Shown here in pieces: positions 22,875-36,700 of a stretch of DNA of 64,000 nt. The DNA is from Guillardia theta CCMP2712 (Eukaryota > Protista > Cryptophyta). A model generated the notes under the pieces. It had not been told where the DNA came from. It searched no databases and saw nothing but the letters and a program-made list of their open reading frames with translations. Within the stretch, counting starts at the first letter, position 1, and each line of letters begins with the position of its first letter. Location: assembly GCF_000315625.1 (NCBI RefSeq), contig NW_005434669.1, positions 904,330-968,329 on the forward strand, written 5' to 3'. The position numbers were made by a program, and so were the translations under genes.

Positions 22875-24402
22875 CATGGCCCGCGGCGACTCGCCGCCGA
22901 GAGCGAGAGACTCGGAGAGCACCGAGCAGGGAGAGAGATGGACATGGAAAGATAGTCGAGCGGTCATAGGACAGGAACTAGGACTCCGTAGATCGTAAGA
23001 GACCAGACGCGCGTGAAGTCGGTCGGCTCTAGGTGGAAGCGATGATTCGATTTGTGGCAAGGAAGGGTTTGAGTGCTAACGATCCATGATCATTCCAATG
23101 ATGAGAAAGTTGAGGATCAAAAGCTGATCTCACTCACAAACGCGAGATGATTGAGACATCTTGCCATCAGTACGAACAATCAATATATCGCTAGCAATAG
23201 GGTATGGCCAACTTAAGGTTTAGCCATGACTTCGTCTTTCTGCTGCAGAATCTTGAAAGCCAAGTGTCTAGGTTGGATAGAAAGAGAACCTTGCGAGGAT
23301 AGTAAGCTAATCAATCGAGTTCTAATGGCGAGAATCACTCACATCACCGGGTATTCTCACGGTCTTTTGATACATGTCATCAGTTTTACGTTTGTCATCA
23401 CGATGTTCGAGATTTGTTGGTATGCTGGCACTGAAAAGATTTTGACAGGGGTTTTAGGAAGATTCCAGCAGGCAGTGGTTTCAATCATCGACTCTGGGCT
23501 CAGACGCCTTGCTCTCAACACCATCCTTGGCACACGAAGAAATGAGGGGCTCGTGGTCAAGGGCTGTCCATCAAGAGGAAATCATCTCGACCTCGGCGCG
23601 AAGGGATAAGGTTTTGAAGCATTTACGCACAATGTGCAGTCAAGGTGAGATTCAGGATCGGGCACATAGAGAGATCACTGAATTGAATCGTGCAAGGGAA
23701 TCAAACATCTCCGAATGGTTCGAAGAAGTCGGCAATAGGCTCCCCCATCTTTCCTGAGCCTGTACGGCCGATATCCTCCTCCTTCAATGGACGTTCAACG
23801 ATACCGAGGCCCCTGAGGCTCGAGACAGCCTCGCGTACTAGAAATGTAGCATCGAGTGTAGGAATGGCTATGAAGTGTGATGGGACTGTGACAGAGCTGC
23901 CCTGATATATTGGCTGGGAAAGATGACAAGTTTGCTAAAGCTCTTTCAGCACGTGTGACACTTTTCACAACTACCATCGTCTGTTGTCTGATTTAAATTC
24001 ACCGCAGGAGATAGGAGAAGCGCGAGGGTCGGAGCCAACGAGAGGCCAAAGGTGAGACATCTGATGAAGAGAGATGGTCTGAGACGAAGGGATTGCAGAG
24101 CCCTCTTTACTTCAACGATTCGACCAAAGGCCGAATTCGCCTGGCATTCAACGAGGTATGATGAAAGATATCTATGGAGCCAAACCTCAACTTGTACTGC
24201 ATAGGTGGAGTCAGCTATAGCGGCTCCAAAGAGAGGAGAGTTCCGGCGTATTGCTCGTGCCATTTCTTTAGGGGAGGTAAGAGGGGCCTTGCAGTCTTCA
24301 GTCCTCAAAGCTTGACAGCTGCTTTCAGATATTTCCTCGCACTTATGCGGGCTGCTTCCCATGGTCTCCTTGAGGGTTCAGAATGTCGACCCATGGAGCT
24401 GA
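22875..24402 (+). CDS. Hypothetical multi-exon gene (5' end uncertain)
   Basis: Consistent plus-strand donors and acceptors from 24000 to 24402 splice to SPLYFNDSTKGRIRLAFNE|VESAIAAPKRGEFRRIARAISLGE|LLSDISSHLCGLLPMVSLRVQNVDPWS*. No family recognised. Confidence 0.4.
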
Positions 24403-24467
24403 CAACGGCTCGACCTCGGAGCGCGACTTCCTGTGTCGCTCGCACCAGACGCGCGACCTCATAAACT

Positions 24468-25807
24468 TTATTTCAACTTCTTGTGTGCCGATTGTTTCAG
24501 ATAGGAGTATGCAAAGGATGACATCAACAGGATTGTCAACCCTGTGCAACTCATCGCATTCATCCTGTTCCCATAGAACAGCACGCCGATGACTGAAGTG
24601 ACTGCTCCTTTGACGGATCCGACAATCATGTGCGTGAGGGGGCTCGTAAACTTCACCTGACGAGTTGTCAGTGCTGCTCAAGTCAATTTCAGAGGTGCCT
24701 GGAGCATGGCCGCTACGTTGAGGACAAAACCAACGGAAGCCTGAGCAGGAGTAAGCCACGATTGTTCTCTTGCTCTCCAACTCACCGTTGCAAAGTTGAA
24801 CGTCCAAAACTCAACATCGAGGAGGAAGGGGGAACTCAACAAGCCGCCAACCCAGATCTCATAGATGATCAGAGGAGTGTACCACACGAGGGACATGGCA
24901 TTGACGTTGATGCTGATTTGCCTGCACAGAATCGAGTCATCAGTCAGAGACATCTGGCAGCGAGACTTTGAGTGCAGCATTCATGTAGAGACACGCACCA
25001 GTTGTTCTTGCCCTTGAGGATGCTCGAGTGAAGCAACATGGGATATAAGGCAACAAAGAAGCTGCTCACAAAACCAGCAACACAACCATAGATCAGAGTA
25101 CTAAGGTCCTCCCCTAATTTGGTGATCACGATATCAGCCTCAGCAATGGCGTTGATGATAAACCCCAGAGTCACTCCGACACAAGACACAACAACAGGCC
25201 AAGGTTGCATTTCGTTCCTCAGAAAGTAGGAGAGCACCAAGATACAAAGGATATGTTGTGACTTGGCAGCCTGTCACCTCTCATCAGACCACAAGACTCG
25301 GTACACCATTCAAGGAAACAAACCTGGTAGAAAGACACCTGAACAAACATAAGGCAAAGGTTTCCGCTTGATAGCATCGCTGTGAAAGCCGCGGCCACTC
25401 CTGCAGCCGACAGGAAGTTCTTGATCCGCCATTCCAACTTTGGGATGTCGTCGAGGTTCAGCAAGACGTTCAATGACTTGGGTCCGTGGCGCTGGAGCAA
25501 ACTTAAGACGTAGAGCCAGAAGAGAGCAACAGCCATCTGGAAGCACGTGACGAAGAACGGGAAAGGGAACTTGCGCCCGCTGAAAGACATCTTGTTCATG
25601 AGAGTGGTTCCGACGGAGACAGTCATCTGTGTGTAGGAAACAATGTCACCCCATGCTAAACGGGAAGGAACAAGGCCGTAACAGGGACAAGGAGAGGGAG
25701 AAAGGTAAACGGCGCGAGAATGAGAGTGCGGGTGCCCTGCGAGCACTTACATAGAAGCAGACCACCATGGCCAGGAGCGGGGTCTTCCTTGCAGACATCG
25801 AACTCAT
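24468..25807 (-). CDS. Nucleotide-sugar transporter, GDP-fucose transporter (SLC35C1)-like, TPT/DMT family; multi-exon
   Basis: VCFY|MTVSVGTTLMNK, FPFPFFVTCFQ, NLCLMFVQVSFYQV, GFVSSFFVALY, VKFTSPLTHMIVGSVKG, SSFAYSYLK; about 10 hydrophobic segments. Confidence 0.88.
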
Positions 25808-26570
25808 GTTGAGGTGGCTAGTAGTCTTGCAGCAGCTCACGTCGCTCCTTGCCCTTCTCCTCCTGCTTCCTCTGCCTCCTCCTCCTCCTCCTTCCGCTGC
25901 TCTTGGATCCCTTCACCACACCATGGCACACTGCCAAGGTAATGGTCTCATCCCCGCTATGACCAGAGTTATGAGGGGGATGAGCAGTGGGGATGAGTTG
26001 CTGCCACCGGCCGGGAGTCTCAAACCAGACTGGCCGCCCAGTGGCCGGGCTGTGCATTTGCAACACAATCACATAGAAGTCAAGAATTCTCAGTCGTTGC
26101 CAGCCTCCTCCATTGTTGAAATCTCATCGCACAGCTGGTCGTCATGTACACCGTCGTACAACCGTTGAGCACTGAAGATCACTCTGTGATGCTGTTCTTG
26201 TACGGTCTCCCGCATCTTCAAGCCCAGTCAGCGATCCAGCTTCGGGGGCCCAAGAGAACCTGGAGGCTCAACTTGCTCTAACAAGTACTAGGGTAGCAGC
26301 CGCGCAAGGTCATGACAGTCTCTTTCACTCATCACCTCACCCCGGCCGCGCCGGTACCGACAGCGACCGGGTCAACCGTATGAATGATTTGAGTAAAAAG
26401 GAGTAGTGACTTTACGGCGTCAGGATGACAAGACAGGTACCTGAGTAATCTAGGCTTCCTAGGACTGTCCTATACCCCCCTATGGATTTACTCCTTGCCC
26501 ATCAGTCAAGAACTTTTCCGACCGACCCTCCACCCATCAGGCAGACAAAACCAGCTCCTACACAAGTTGA

Positions 26571-26574
<4 letters not shown>

Positions 26575-26626
<52 letters not shown>

Positions 26627-26736
26627 GAGAGAGAGANNNNNNNNNNNNNNNNNNNNNNNNNNNNNNNNNNNNNNNNNNNNNNNNNNNNNNNNNNNNNNNN
26701 NNNNNNNNNNNNNNNNNNNNNNNNNNNNNNNNNNNN

Positions 26737-26822
<86 letters not shown>

Positions 26823-26903
26823 CAGAGAGACAGAGAGACAGAGAGAGATAGAGAGACAGAGAGACAGAGAGATAGAGAGAGACAGAGAGACAGAGAGACA
26901 GAG
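26575..26903. repeat. (AG)n/(AGAC)n microsatellite spanning a 100-N assembly gap (26637-26736)
   Basis: Directly visible in the sequence. Confidence 0.97.
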
Positions 26904-26935
26904 ATCCGATGTTGTAAGGGCGACAAAGGTTCTCC

Positions 26936-27504
26936 ATGGGTTCCGAAATCAGTCAACCGTTAGAGCTTCGAGAGGACGTCAAGTGTTTGGAATGCCGCAA
27001 AGAGACTATAGAGACCAGCATACTCTGCTGTGCTTGTCAAACTCTGCAGTTCCTGGGCTACAACGTCGCTGGCTCGAACAAGCAAGAGATCGACTACTTC
27101 CTTAACCCTCAGCTTGACCCCGTGAACCAATGTGCAAGGCCCATGTACCGAGACTACGTCTGGGACAGCAGGAGATGTCGACTGACTAGGTGAGGTTGAT
27201 AGTCTCGGGTGTCTGGCAGCAACGCTGATGTGAAAGGAACAGGCTATCTGAGCTTGATCGCGCTCGGTTAAACGACGCTAAGAGCGTCGAGCAGGAGAAA
27301 CAAGAGCTCTTGCACTCGTTCCTTGAAGCCAAGGCACTCGGATCTGTAGTTGAGACAACGCCACAACAACCACTCTCATCGACAAGGTTGGCACTGCAAG
27401 TGGAGCCCGAGAGTCAATGGAAGATTGAAGTCGACAAGCTGTCAGTTGAGAAGCTGCACGATAGCGAAGTCAGACGTTATGAGATTGTCACATTCTGTAC
27501 ATAA
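26936..27504 (+). CDS. Small (~170 aa) protein with N-myristoylation-type start and Cys cluster, 2 exons
   Basis: Starts MGSEIS; contains CLEC...CCAC. An intron (~27190-27242) joins LTR to LSELDRARLNDAK...EIVTFCT*. Confidence 0.6.
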
Positions 27505-27785
27505 ACACGTTCACTTTGTGCGCCCCCCCCCCGTTGAGTTCCCGTACTAGCAGCTGATTAGAATCTCTTCTCATCGCGACATCTTAGATGAATTCGTACT
27601 CGCCGAGACAGAAAGGGGAGGCTGGAAACAGCTCGAAGACCTTGAGTGATGACTTGGATGGATTGTGTGAGGGGGGTTGGAACTGGTCTTTTGTGACGAA
27701 ACAGGGATTCGCATTCAAACTTGCAGGGGTGGCATGTGAGAGGCGTGTAAAAGATCGAAAAATCGTTTCACATCCTTCAATCGTC

Positions 27786-30700
27786 TCACACCATCGCCAG
27801 GAACTGTATCACATCTCCGCCGGCCACCAGTGACACTCGATCCCAGTCCCACATGTCGGAGGACCGGAAGCAGGCCCGTGCAAGGTTGTTGGTGACAAGG
27901 ACGCTGCTGTTGGTCCGGACGGAGGAGAAGGAGCCGCCCACCAGGAGGCAGAAGGCAGGGAACGAGGGGTCCTGGATCTGCTGCTCGTCCTGGGCTGCTG
28001 CTGGAAAGGATGCCTGGATCATGAGGGAGAAGACTGAGCCCTCGACGGCCCCGATGCTCAGCCAGGCCCTGTCACGGTAGCGAGCTACATGCATCGCCTC
28101 CTTCCCCCCTGCCGTCGTGAAGAGCCCTGAAACAAAGAGAGACCCTCCAGCCACGGCGAGAGAGCTGACGGGGCCGTTGAGCTCGCAGTTCTCCGACTCG
28201 CACGCCACATGGTCACTGTACGAGTACAAGTCAGACATCAAATCGCATCTTGCCCCTCGCATCACTCCTTTCCTCTCGCATCACTCCTTTCCTCTCGCAT
28301 CACTCCTTGACGAGAAAGTCCCTCCACTGAGAGTGTGCTCTTCCCTCCCCTGCTCGCTTCCTCGCCCGCTCCTCGCAACCTTCCATGATGCCCCTGCTCA
28401 CCTTGTTCGTGCACATCGGCGCAGGCAGGCCTCGTCCTGCAAGCCACTCCAGGCCTGACCGTCCCACTGAGCGATGTTTCTCGACGACAAGTTCCCCTTG
28501 AACATCTTGGCAGCAAGTCAGAGGGAAGGAAAGCTACGCAGGATCTCTCACAAAGTCTCCGCCGACGTAGAGCATGTTCTCATCTGCTATCATCGCTGAA
28601 ATCTGCCCGTTGGGTATGCCCCCCCCCAACGTCTTCCATCCATTCCAGCTGTTCGCAACACGTCAATCGAGAGCCACTCCTATGAATTTCCTGAACCTGC
28701 TCACGTCGCCTTCATAGGACGCCACGTTGTTCACGTTCAGGCCGGCTAGCGTCTTGAACTTTCCTCCCACGATCAGCTGCCCTCGGAACACCGCCATCGA
28801 CTCGACGTTGCCGTTGAGCTTGCTCCTCCCCACCAACGACCACTCCTGCCGCCACGTCGTCAGCGATGAACCTTTGATAAGGGGGTGGGTGGGGGGGGCG
28901 GGGGAGAGAAGGAAGAATGCAGGTAAGCAGGAGATGAGCTGCTGAAGGAGAGGCAAGAGGAAAGGGGAGGGAGAGGAGAAGGTGGAGGGGAGGGAGAGGA
29001 GAAGGTGGAGGGGAGGGAGAGGAGTAGGTGGAGGGGAGGGAGAGGAGTAGGTGGAGGGGAGGGAGAGGAGAAGATGGAGGGGAGGGAGAGGAGTAGGTGG
29101 AGGGGAGGGAGAGGAGAAGGTGGAGGGGAGGGAGAGGAGAAGGTGGAGGGGAGGGAGAGGTGTTGCGGGATCCACGAAGGGAAGGAAGATTTATGGGTTG
29201 GACCTCCTTCATCTCATTCCATGCCACCAGCCCGCCGCTACGTAACGGGTTGCCGTGAGTCTGAAGAGCAAAGGTGAAGCTTCCTCCGTAGACAATCCAG
29301 CCCTGAGAGAGGTCAGAGACAGGCTCCTCCCCTCCTCCTCTTCTACCGCATAGCTGCTGATGGCGTTGACAGCTCCGTTGACCCCTCTTGCGAGCGTCTT
29401 GACAGCAACATCGGCGTTGTTGATGTCTTGCTGCAGGTCCCATCGGACTGCATACTCGATCCGTTTCTGAGAGACCCTCGAGAAACTCCCACCGAGATAG
29501 ACCTGGAGAGCGAGAGGGTCAAAGGTGCATGCCGGGGAGGAGAGGAGGAGAGAAGAAGGGAGAAGAGGGGAAGAGAGAAGAGGAGAGGAGAGGGGTAGAG
29601 AGAAGAGGGGAAAAGAGGAGGAGAGGAGGAGAGAAGGGGAGAGAAGAGGGGAGAAGAGGGGTAGAAACAAGAGAGGAGGAGAGGAGGAGAGGTACAAGGT
29701 GAGGGGATGGAGCCGGAGGGAAGTATTGTAAGAGATGAGGGAACGGACCGTTCGATTGGCTACACACGCAGCTCTGACCACTCCCTCGATGGGTAGGTTG
29801 GACTTCTGAACGCGCGCGACGTCTTGTTTGGAAGTTTGGAAACCTGAAGAGGAGGGAGGTGCGAGCACAGTCGAGTTGTCAGAGCACAGGACGCAGGTCT
29901 CGTTGAAAATTGAGGTGTTGTTGCCGGAGCAGGAGGAGTTGCAAAGGGTAGGCTGGTACTCGTTGGACCCAAGGCCGAAGTAGTTGAGACCAGCAGCAAG
30001 GAAGAGCGGATTGACGAAGGAGCCGTTGCCTACCCCCGTCACTGTGACGTTGACAGTTGAGTTGAGAGCGTCGCAACGGATGTCGGCGACGACGAGCAGG
30101 TCGCTGACTCCGAACTTGACCGGCGGAAAGTCGCAACGGCAGGCCTCATCCCCCTCGACAGTCGTTTGCCCGCAGGGCTGCTGGCCGATGTAGATGTTGG
30201 TGCGCACACTCGAACGCTCGCAAACGTCGGAGAGCTGATAGGAGAAGTAACGACCGTACACCATCAGAGAGCTCCCTGGAGTCGTGGAGGTTTCAGTTGC
30301 TACCGAGAAGATTCTCGGACGCGGGAGAATCTTGATCAGAACCTTGACAGGAACGGACTGGTCGTTCCCTCCGTTCAAACTCCCTCCGTCATCCTGGCAA
30401 ACAGCCTGGAAGGTTGCTGTGCCGAAGAAGTAGGGGGCAAGGTGCACGAAGAGGTTTCCGTTGGAGTCCACGATTGGGGCCACCACGAAGGAGGAGGGAG
30501 ATTCGTCGACCGCCTGCACTCGTATAAAGACCGTCTGCCAACTCTCACTGGCCGGGCCAGGCTGCACGTTCTGCACGAAGTTGCTGATGATCGTGGGCCC
30601 AGCGTCCTCGACCATGAGGTAACGCTGGAGAAAGTCACACCTGGGCGGCTTGTTGATGTTGAGGATGGAGACGTAGGCAAGGGACGTCGCGAAGCCTCCG

Positions 30701-33700
30701 GGAGGCAGAGGGCCCGTGTTGGCCATGAGGACAGTGAGGGTCACGTTGCCGTGGGAGTTGGGGTAGGAGACGAAGGAGACTCCCCCCTTGGCGTCGAAGA
30801 CTGGGTAGCTCTCGAAGAGAGACGAGCAAGCCAGCGGCCGGCCGGAGGGGAGGAAGCAGGAGATGTCAAGGACTGTGATGTTGACTGAGAAGAACAGGTC
30901 AATCTCCGGATTCCCCGAGCCCGCCGACTGGATGTTAAAGTAACTCCCTCCCGACCTGACTCCGCTCGACGTTGACTCGACGATCTCGAGGACCTGGGTC
31001 GGCACGGAGAACGTGGGCCGTTCGTTGACGAGCAGCACGCTCATGCTGAAATCTTGGATCGTCCTGTTGATGCCTCCCACCTCCGGCCCTCCAAGAATGG
31101 CGTCACCGTTGTCGGTGGCAGCCAGGGACACCTTGTAGACGCCGGAGATGTGAGGGACGAGGGAGAAGGAGAAGCTTCCTGTGGCAGTGTCGAAGGAGGA
31201 AGCAGAGAACAGGTACGAGGGTGGGAAGGTCATGCTGCCCGCGGAGACAGAGACGACAGTGAAGGAGACGATCTGGCAGGGGGTGATGGAGATGTCGTAG
31301 AGGCAGGAGAAGCCGCAGAGGCACTCGTTGATCCCAGCGCTCACGTTCGAGAGGAACTCGGTAACAAGGTTCTGACCTGAGTTCGCCTGAACCTGGACCT
31401 GTTGGGGCAGGTCGAAGGTGGGAGGATTGTTCTTGGAGATGATTGTCAGCGTGATCTGCTGAGGGGCCGAAGTGTTCTTGCTCCCAGTTAGCACTGACTG
31501 ACCCCCGTTGTCCGACACCGTCGCCTGCAACGTGAACACTCCCCGTGCTTCGGGGAAGGGAGTGAAGCTGGCAACTCCGTAGAGAAGAGTCGCTGTTGTA
31601 TTCTTGACCACATCGAGTTTCAGGGCCTCCTTGAAGAATCCTCCTGGATACAGCAAGACAGCTGTGCTCGCAGTAGAAGTTACCAGACTGCACACGGACG
31701 AAGAGTAGCACCTCCCCAACGCGGGGTTGTATGTGAGGTACCTGCAGTTGGCCTGGACGCACTTCTGCTTGCAGATGGCAAGGTTGTCGACGGTCGGAGA
31801 GACGGTGAACGAGCTGAGAAGGGCGTCTTGCTCCTTGCATTGTTTCCCAGCAGAGAAATCTCTGAAATTCCACGAGAACGTGAACGTGAGGACCTGGTCG
31901 AACTCGTTCTGGGCGCCGGCGCTCAGCTGGGAAGTGAAGACAACCGAGTGGCTCACGTCTCCCTGAACCACCTGGATCGGCGTCGCTGTGAAGTATGGCG
32001 CGCTGTTCCTGCTATCCACCACCACCTTGAAGTGTGAGACCTTGGAAACGAACTCGCCGGCGGGGAGGAGCTGCAGGACTTGGGGGGTGTAGGCCCTCCC
32101 GGAGTAGAAGATCGGATCGAAGTAGGCGACCCATCCGTTGGCGAGCCCGTCGTCTTGCAAGGAAACGGAGAAGAGAGCCTCTCCGTTCTCCCCCTGGGCC
32201 GTTTCGAACACCAGGAGGCCGTCGCTGGTGATGTAGGGAGACAGGCTGAACAAGTTCTCGTTGCTCGTCGAGATCTGCGTCACGGTGAAGGTGACGAGCT
32301 GGCAAGGGAGGGGCTGTGAGAACTCAGTGCTGAACGGGAGGGCCCATCCCGGCCAGATCCTCTCCCTCCTGCATAGCGACTCTCCCTTGGGAGGAGACGC
32401 TCGCACGTGCAGCTCGTTGTCACTGGACAAGGAGACGTCCTGTACGCCCTTGAGCCCGACGATGCCTTGCCAGAAGGAGAAGAGGGTGCGGCTCATGGGC
32501 AGTGGGTCCTGCGACCATGTCTGGATGAACTTAAGGCTGTTAGATTGAAACTTGAGGGCTACAAGCGCCGAGTCTTCCGATGCGACGGCGTAGACAACCG
32601 ACGCTGTTGTGTCGGCCACAATCGATCGCAGCCCGTTGAATCCCACGATCTCTGGGAAGTCCCACTCGACGCTGACGGCTCCTTGGGTCAAGCTGGAGTA
32701 GAGCAGGAGCATGATGCCGTCAACTATCGCCAAGTTGATGGAGCGAACGTAACCTATGGGGAACCTGAGGGCTTGCTTGTGCTGCGTGAGAAAGGAGTCG
32801 GGAACCGGAACGCCCCTGAGCCTGACGTTGGTGGCGTCCGTCAAGGAGAGCATCTCGTCGAACTTTTTCGAGATCCTGTTCCACTGCAGAACGCCGCTCT
32901 GAACCTCAACGCACGGGGTTGCCTTGCATTCGCAAGAACTCGTGTTGAGGAGCAGACACTTGGTTTGTGCGAAGGCGAGGTAGTATTCTCCTGCCCAGGC
33001 AAAGAACCTGAGGGCCGTGACATCGGTGATGGGCGACATGGAAGAAACATGGTTGTAGAACAAGTCAAACTGCTTCTGCTTCCACTCATAGATCGAGATG
33101 GGGTTACATCCAGCTACCCCCGAACTCCCGCACTGCATCGAGATGGCTATGTAATCCTTCCCATTCACACTGAACGCTTCCACCCCCGTCATGGCCTTTC
33201 CAGGGATCACCTGGATGCTGTAGAAGGCGCCGGGGTTGCCGGTGAACTTGTTGAGGCCGCTGCTGGAATATCGGTAGACGTTGACCGAGGCGTTAGAGAC
33301 GCTGCCGTAGTTGACCACCAGCAGCAAGTCGATCGAGCAAGTCACCGTCGGGTCAGAGTCACACGGCTGGCTAACCGTCATCGTGCTAACGTCGTTGGCC
33401 CCGTCAGTCTCCAGAAGTTGGAACGTTGCGAACCCAGACGCCTTGGCCGTCGTGTTGTCAGCCACCTGAGTGAAGCCGGACGCCTGCCAACGGTAGAGGT
33501 ACGAGAACCACGAGTACCCGTTGCCGGTGTCCGGCCACCAGCTAGCAGCAGCCAAGTAGCTGACGTCATCGATCTTGAACTCGTGAAGCCTTCGGATCGA
33601 GTCGTGCGGGTTGCCTGTCCAGGGAGGAACAGGTCGGTCTATGCCGGGGATGACGAACTCGTTGGACGAGGAGCAGGAGCCGTCGGCGCCGCATGCAGGA

Positions 33701-36700
33701 GGGATCGAGGTGCCCCCCGGCAAGCTCTTGGGGAGGGTGTTGAACAAGTAGAACTTCTGCAGTGTCGGGTTGAACCTGTACATCCTCGATGCCCCAAGGT
33801 CGTCCGAGATCACGATGAAGTTCCAGCCGACGCCCTCAGAGTCGTAATCGAATATGCAGGCAACGTCGGTGGCTGAAAGCTCGGAGGAGAACTCCGAAAG
33901 CTTCACAAATGTCCCGTTCTTCCACTGGTAGATCAGCACAGGGCCCGGGGTCTGGTCGCCAAACTGCCCGGGGACCACGAAGAACAAAGTCTTGTCTTCG
34001 ATCTGACACATCTTGGCTGTGTAGGCATGACTGCTCCAGGGATAGCCATCACTGAATCGAGCAGGAAACGAGCCTGACAACCATTCAACTGGTTGCCCGA
34101 TTGGCTCTGACACTGTCTTGCTGGTGTAGAGAGGGGGAGGGGAAGGGAAACGATCTATCAACCTCTCGCCGCTGTAGACGTGATCCAAGTACTGCAAGCC
34201 GTTGCCTTGCACTTTAAACGCAGTTACGGCTTTGTCGAAGAGGGAGACTGAGAACAGGTAGCTGTTGGAGATGGCGAACGCACGAGCCCCTCGGAGCCCG
34301 TGCTCAGCGTCGGACGCTCTCACGGTGGTCACAAGGGACAGAGTTCCTTCTGAACTGATGGAGAAGATATGGATTGCTCCATCTCCTTCCCCCAATGAGC
34401 TGATGCAGTACAGGAGGCTGCCGGACACCTCGATGTCGCTCAGTCCGTTCATGTTCGGGTTAAGCAGCCCCGAGATGGTCGACTTGTAGTAGAAGGTGCT
34501 GGAGTACTCGAACAGCGCGATCGATTGACTGTCATAACTCGCCACGTACACGAATGACTTGCTAGTTGACACATCCTTGATGGCCACCTTGACCGGCACC
34601 TGCATCCCAGTAACCCTCTCTACTCGTGAGCGGTACAACTTAGACGACTGCCCGTCGCAGCTGCCTGCCAGCAAGAACGAGACGTTGTTGGGCGTGTCAA
34701 TCACGAGAGAGTCGCAGGAGGTGGTTGTCAGGATTTGACCGCCTGCCACGTCCTTGGGGAGGGTGTTGATGTCGTTGGACTGGAGGAAGAGCGTTCCGTT
34801 CCACCTGTACATGATGGAGGACTGGTCCTGCAGGTTGACGACTAGGTAGTTGCTGCCAAAGAGAGCGAACGGCCTGGCTGTCATGACGCCTTGAACTCCG
34901 AGAGACTGGATGGGAAGGAGCTCTGAAGAAGCTGCATTCCACTGGTACAAGACCGAATCGCCGAAGGCGATACTGGCGTAGAAGACGTAGAGGACGTAGT
35001 CGGTGCAGATAGGCTCGCAGATCTCAACGCCGATGTTGATGCTGCACACTTGGCGACAGGTAGGGATCGAGGTAGTGCTGACGCTGTAAACGTCGTGGAT
35101 GAGCGAGAGGTGGGACTGGTCCACCTGCTGGATGGAGGAGAAGTCGAAGAACTTGAAGACTTGGGGGAGCGTGCCGTAGCTGTTGGTGAGGGGGTCCAAG
35201 TACAAGGAGAAGAAGAGGAGGTAGTGGTCGGGCTGCTCGAAGATTGCAAGGCCCGATGCCCCAACCACCGGGATTTTCAGCTCGTCATTGAGGTTGACCG
35301 GACTGAGTCTGCTTACCACCGGCGAGGGTGTCCAAGATTCGTCTTGCTGGCTGAAGTATCTCGGAGCAGCCTGAGAAGGAGCGTCTATGACAGGAGCAGC
35401 GATCACTAGCGCTTTCTTCGTCACCGCACACACTCCGTTCTCCCAGTAGACAACGTTATCGTAGGTCGAATTTCCTTGACACAGAGGGTCGTTGCCCAAG
35501 GTGAAGCAAGGAAAGTTGTGTTTGTCTCCTCCGTTGCACTTGTAGGAGCCTTGAGCCCTCACCAACCCGAAGCATTCTTGTAGGCTGCTACCGAGGCAGG
35601 TCGCTAGTGTTGGGTCCCAGGTTGCGTCGTTGGGAAGGGAAACTTTCAAAGTAGGATCGGCGAGGTAGCCTTGCCCATGGTTAAGCAGCTTCGACCCCGC
35701 CATGACGGCGCTCTTGTCGAGGGTCACCTGGGCCTGGAAGCCGCCAGGCTCAACAGATCCGAGTTGGAAGGAGTCGATGGAGGGTGAGAGGCGGAGACAG
35801 TTGCGCCAGTCTCCCAGGAGGCATCGGCAGGTCTTGGAGTCCAGAGGGAGCAGCAGAGGCTCACAGGCCATGGAGACATTCGGGACATCAAGTTCAAGGA
35901 TGGTACCGTTGGAGTCGACACTCTTAACGTTGACGACAAGCCCCTGCTTGACGTCCTTGCGATTCAAAGCCGTCAGATTCATCACGAACTGCGAGGTGTT
36001 TGAGCAACCGATAGTTGAGTTTCCTATCACTTCCACCGTCTGAATAAGCCGAGGCCAACAGAACTTGGTAGGTTTGACAACCCTGAACGAGGTGATCGAA
36101 TCGTCCATCACTTGGAATGTGTTGGAGTAAACCGGTTTGATGTCAAAGTCGGGCAAGTAAGCATCCGTCTGCTCGATACTCACATTTGTGATCGTACCCA
36201 AGAAGCCACTTGTCACAGACCCGTCTACGACGAAGCTTCCCTTGAACGAGTTGATGTTGGTTGACCCTGTGCGCATACGACAAGCGTCGCCTGCACTTCC
36301 CTGCTTGCAGAACATTCTCAGGTCGCCATTGATGTACCCGCGTCCTCTGTCCATGACTTGAATGTTATCAACCGGCAAGGGGCCATTCCATTTCAAGATC
36401 TTGCTGTTGGAGTTGTAATTGACCACTACCACGTACTGTACCTCCTGGAACTTGAACAAGACGATGTCCCGTGGAGCAGAAGTGGGAATGCTCTGGACAT
36501 GGGAAAGCAGATACGAAGTTCCCGTCCTCTTCACCTCGAAGATCGGTGACAGGGTCTCATGCTGTAGACCATCCCAAAAGTTCACCCCGAACAGGTAGTC
36601 CCTGCTGCCGATCGTCTCAAACCTGATGTTGGAGCTCCCGAGAATGAGCAGCGATGAGTAGGAGCTGAAAGGCCTCTGGACGTCATCGAACACCCCAAAG

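Noticed and set aside
173-25807. GT41 plus GDP-fucose transporter as an O-fucosylation cluster
   Set aside because: They are 20 kb and many unrelated genes apart, and the GT41 motifs (NHP, LYK, SHST) look OGT/SEC-like rather than SPY-like.
25900-26320. Possible short minus-strand ORF (MRETVQEQHH...) upstream of the transporter
   Set aside because: 41 aa, with no supporting splice pattern or recognisable similarity.
26575-26903. (AG)n tract as a telomere or nucleomorph end
   Set aside because: It is an internal simple repeat around an assembly gap with ordinary nuclear genes on both sides.
28963-29160. Regular 23-nt repeat as a CRISPR-like array
   Set aside because: No unique spacers, intronic location, eukaryotic context and no cas genes.
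32407-33876. 489-aa plus-strand ORF and similar ORFs inside the giant gene
   Set aside because: Antisense shadows expected from high GC3; no motifs recognised.
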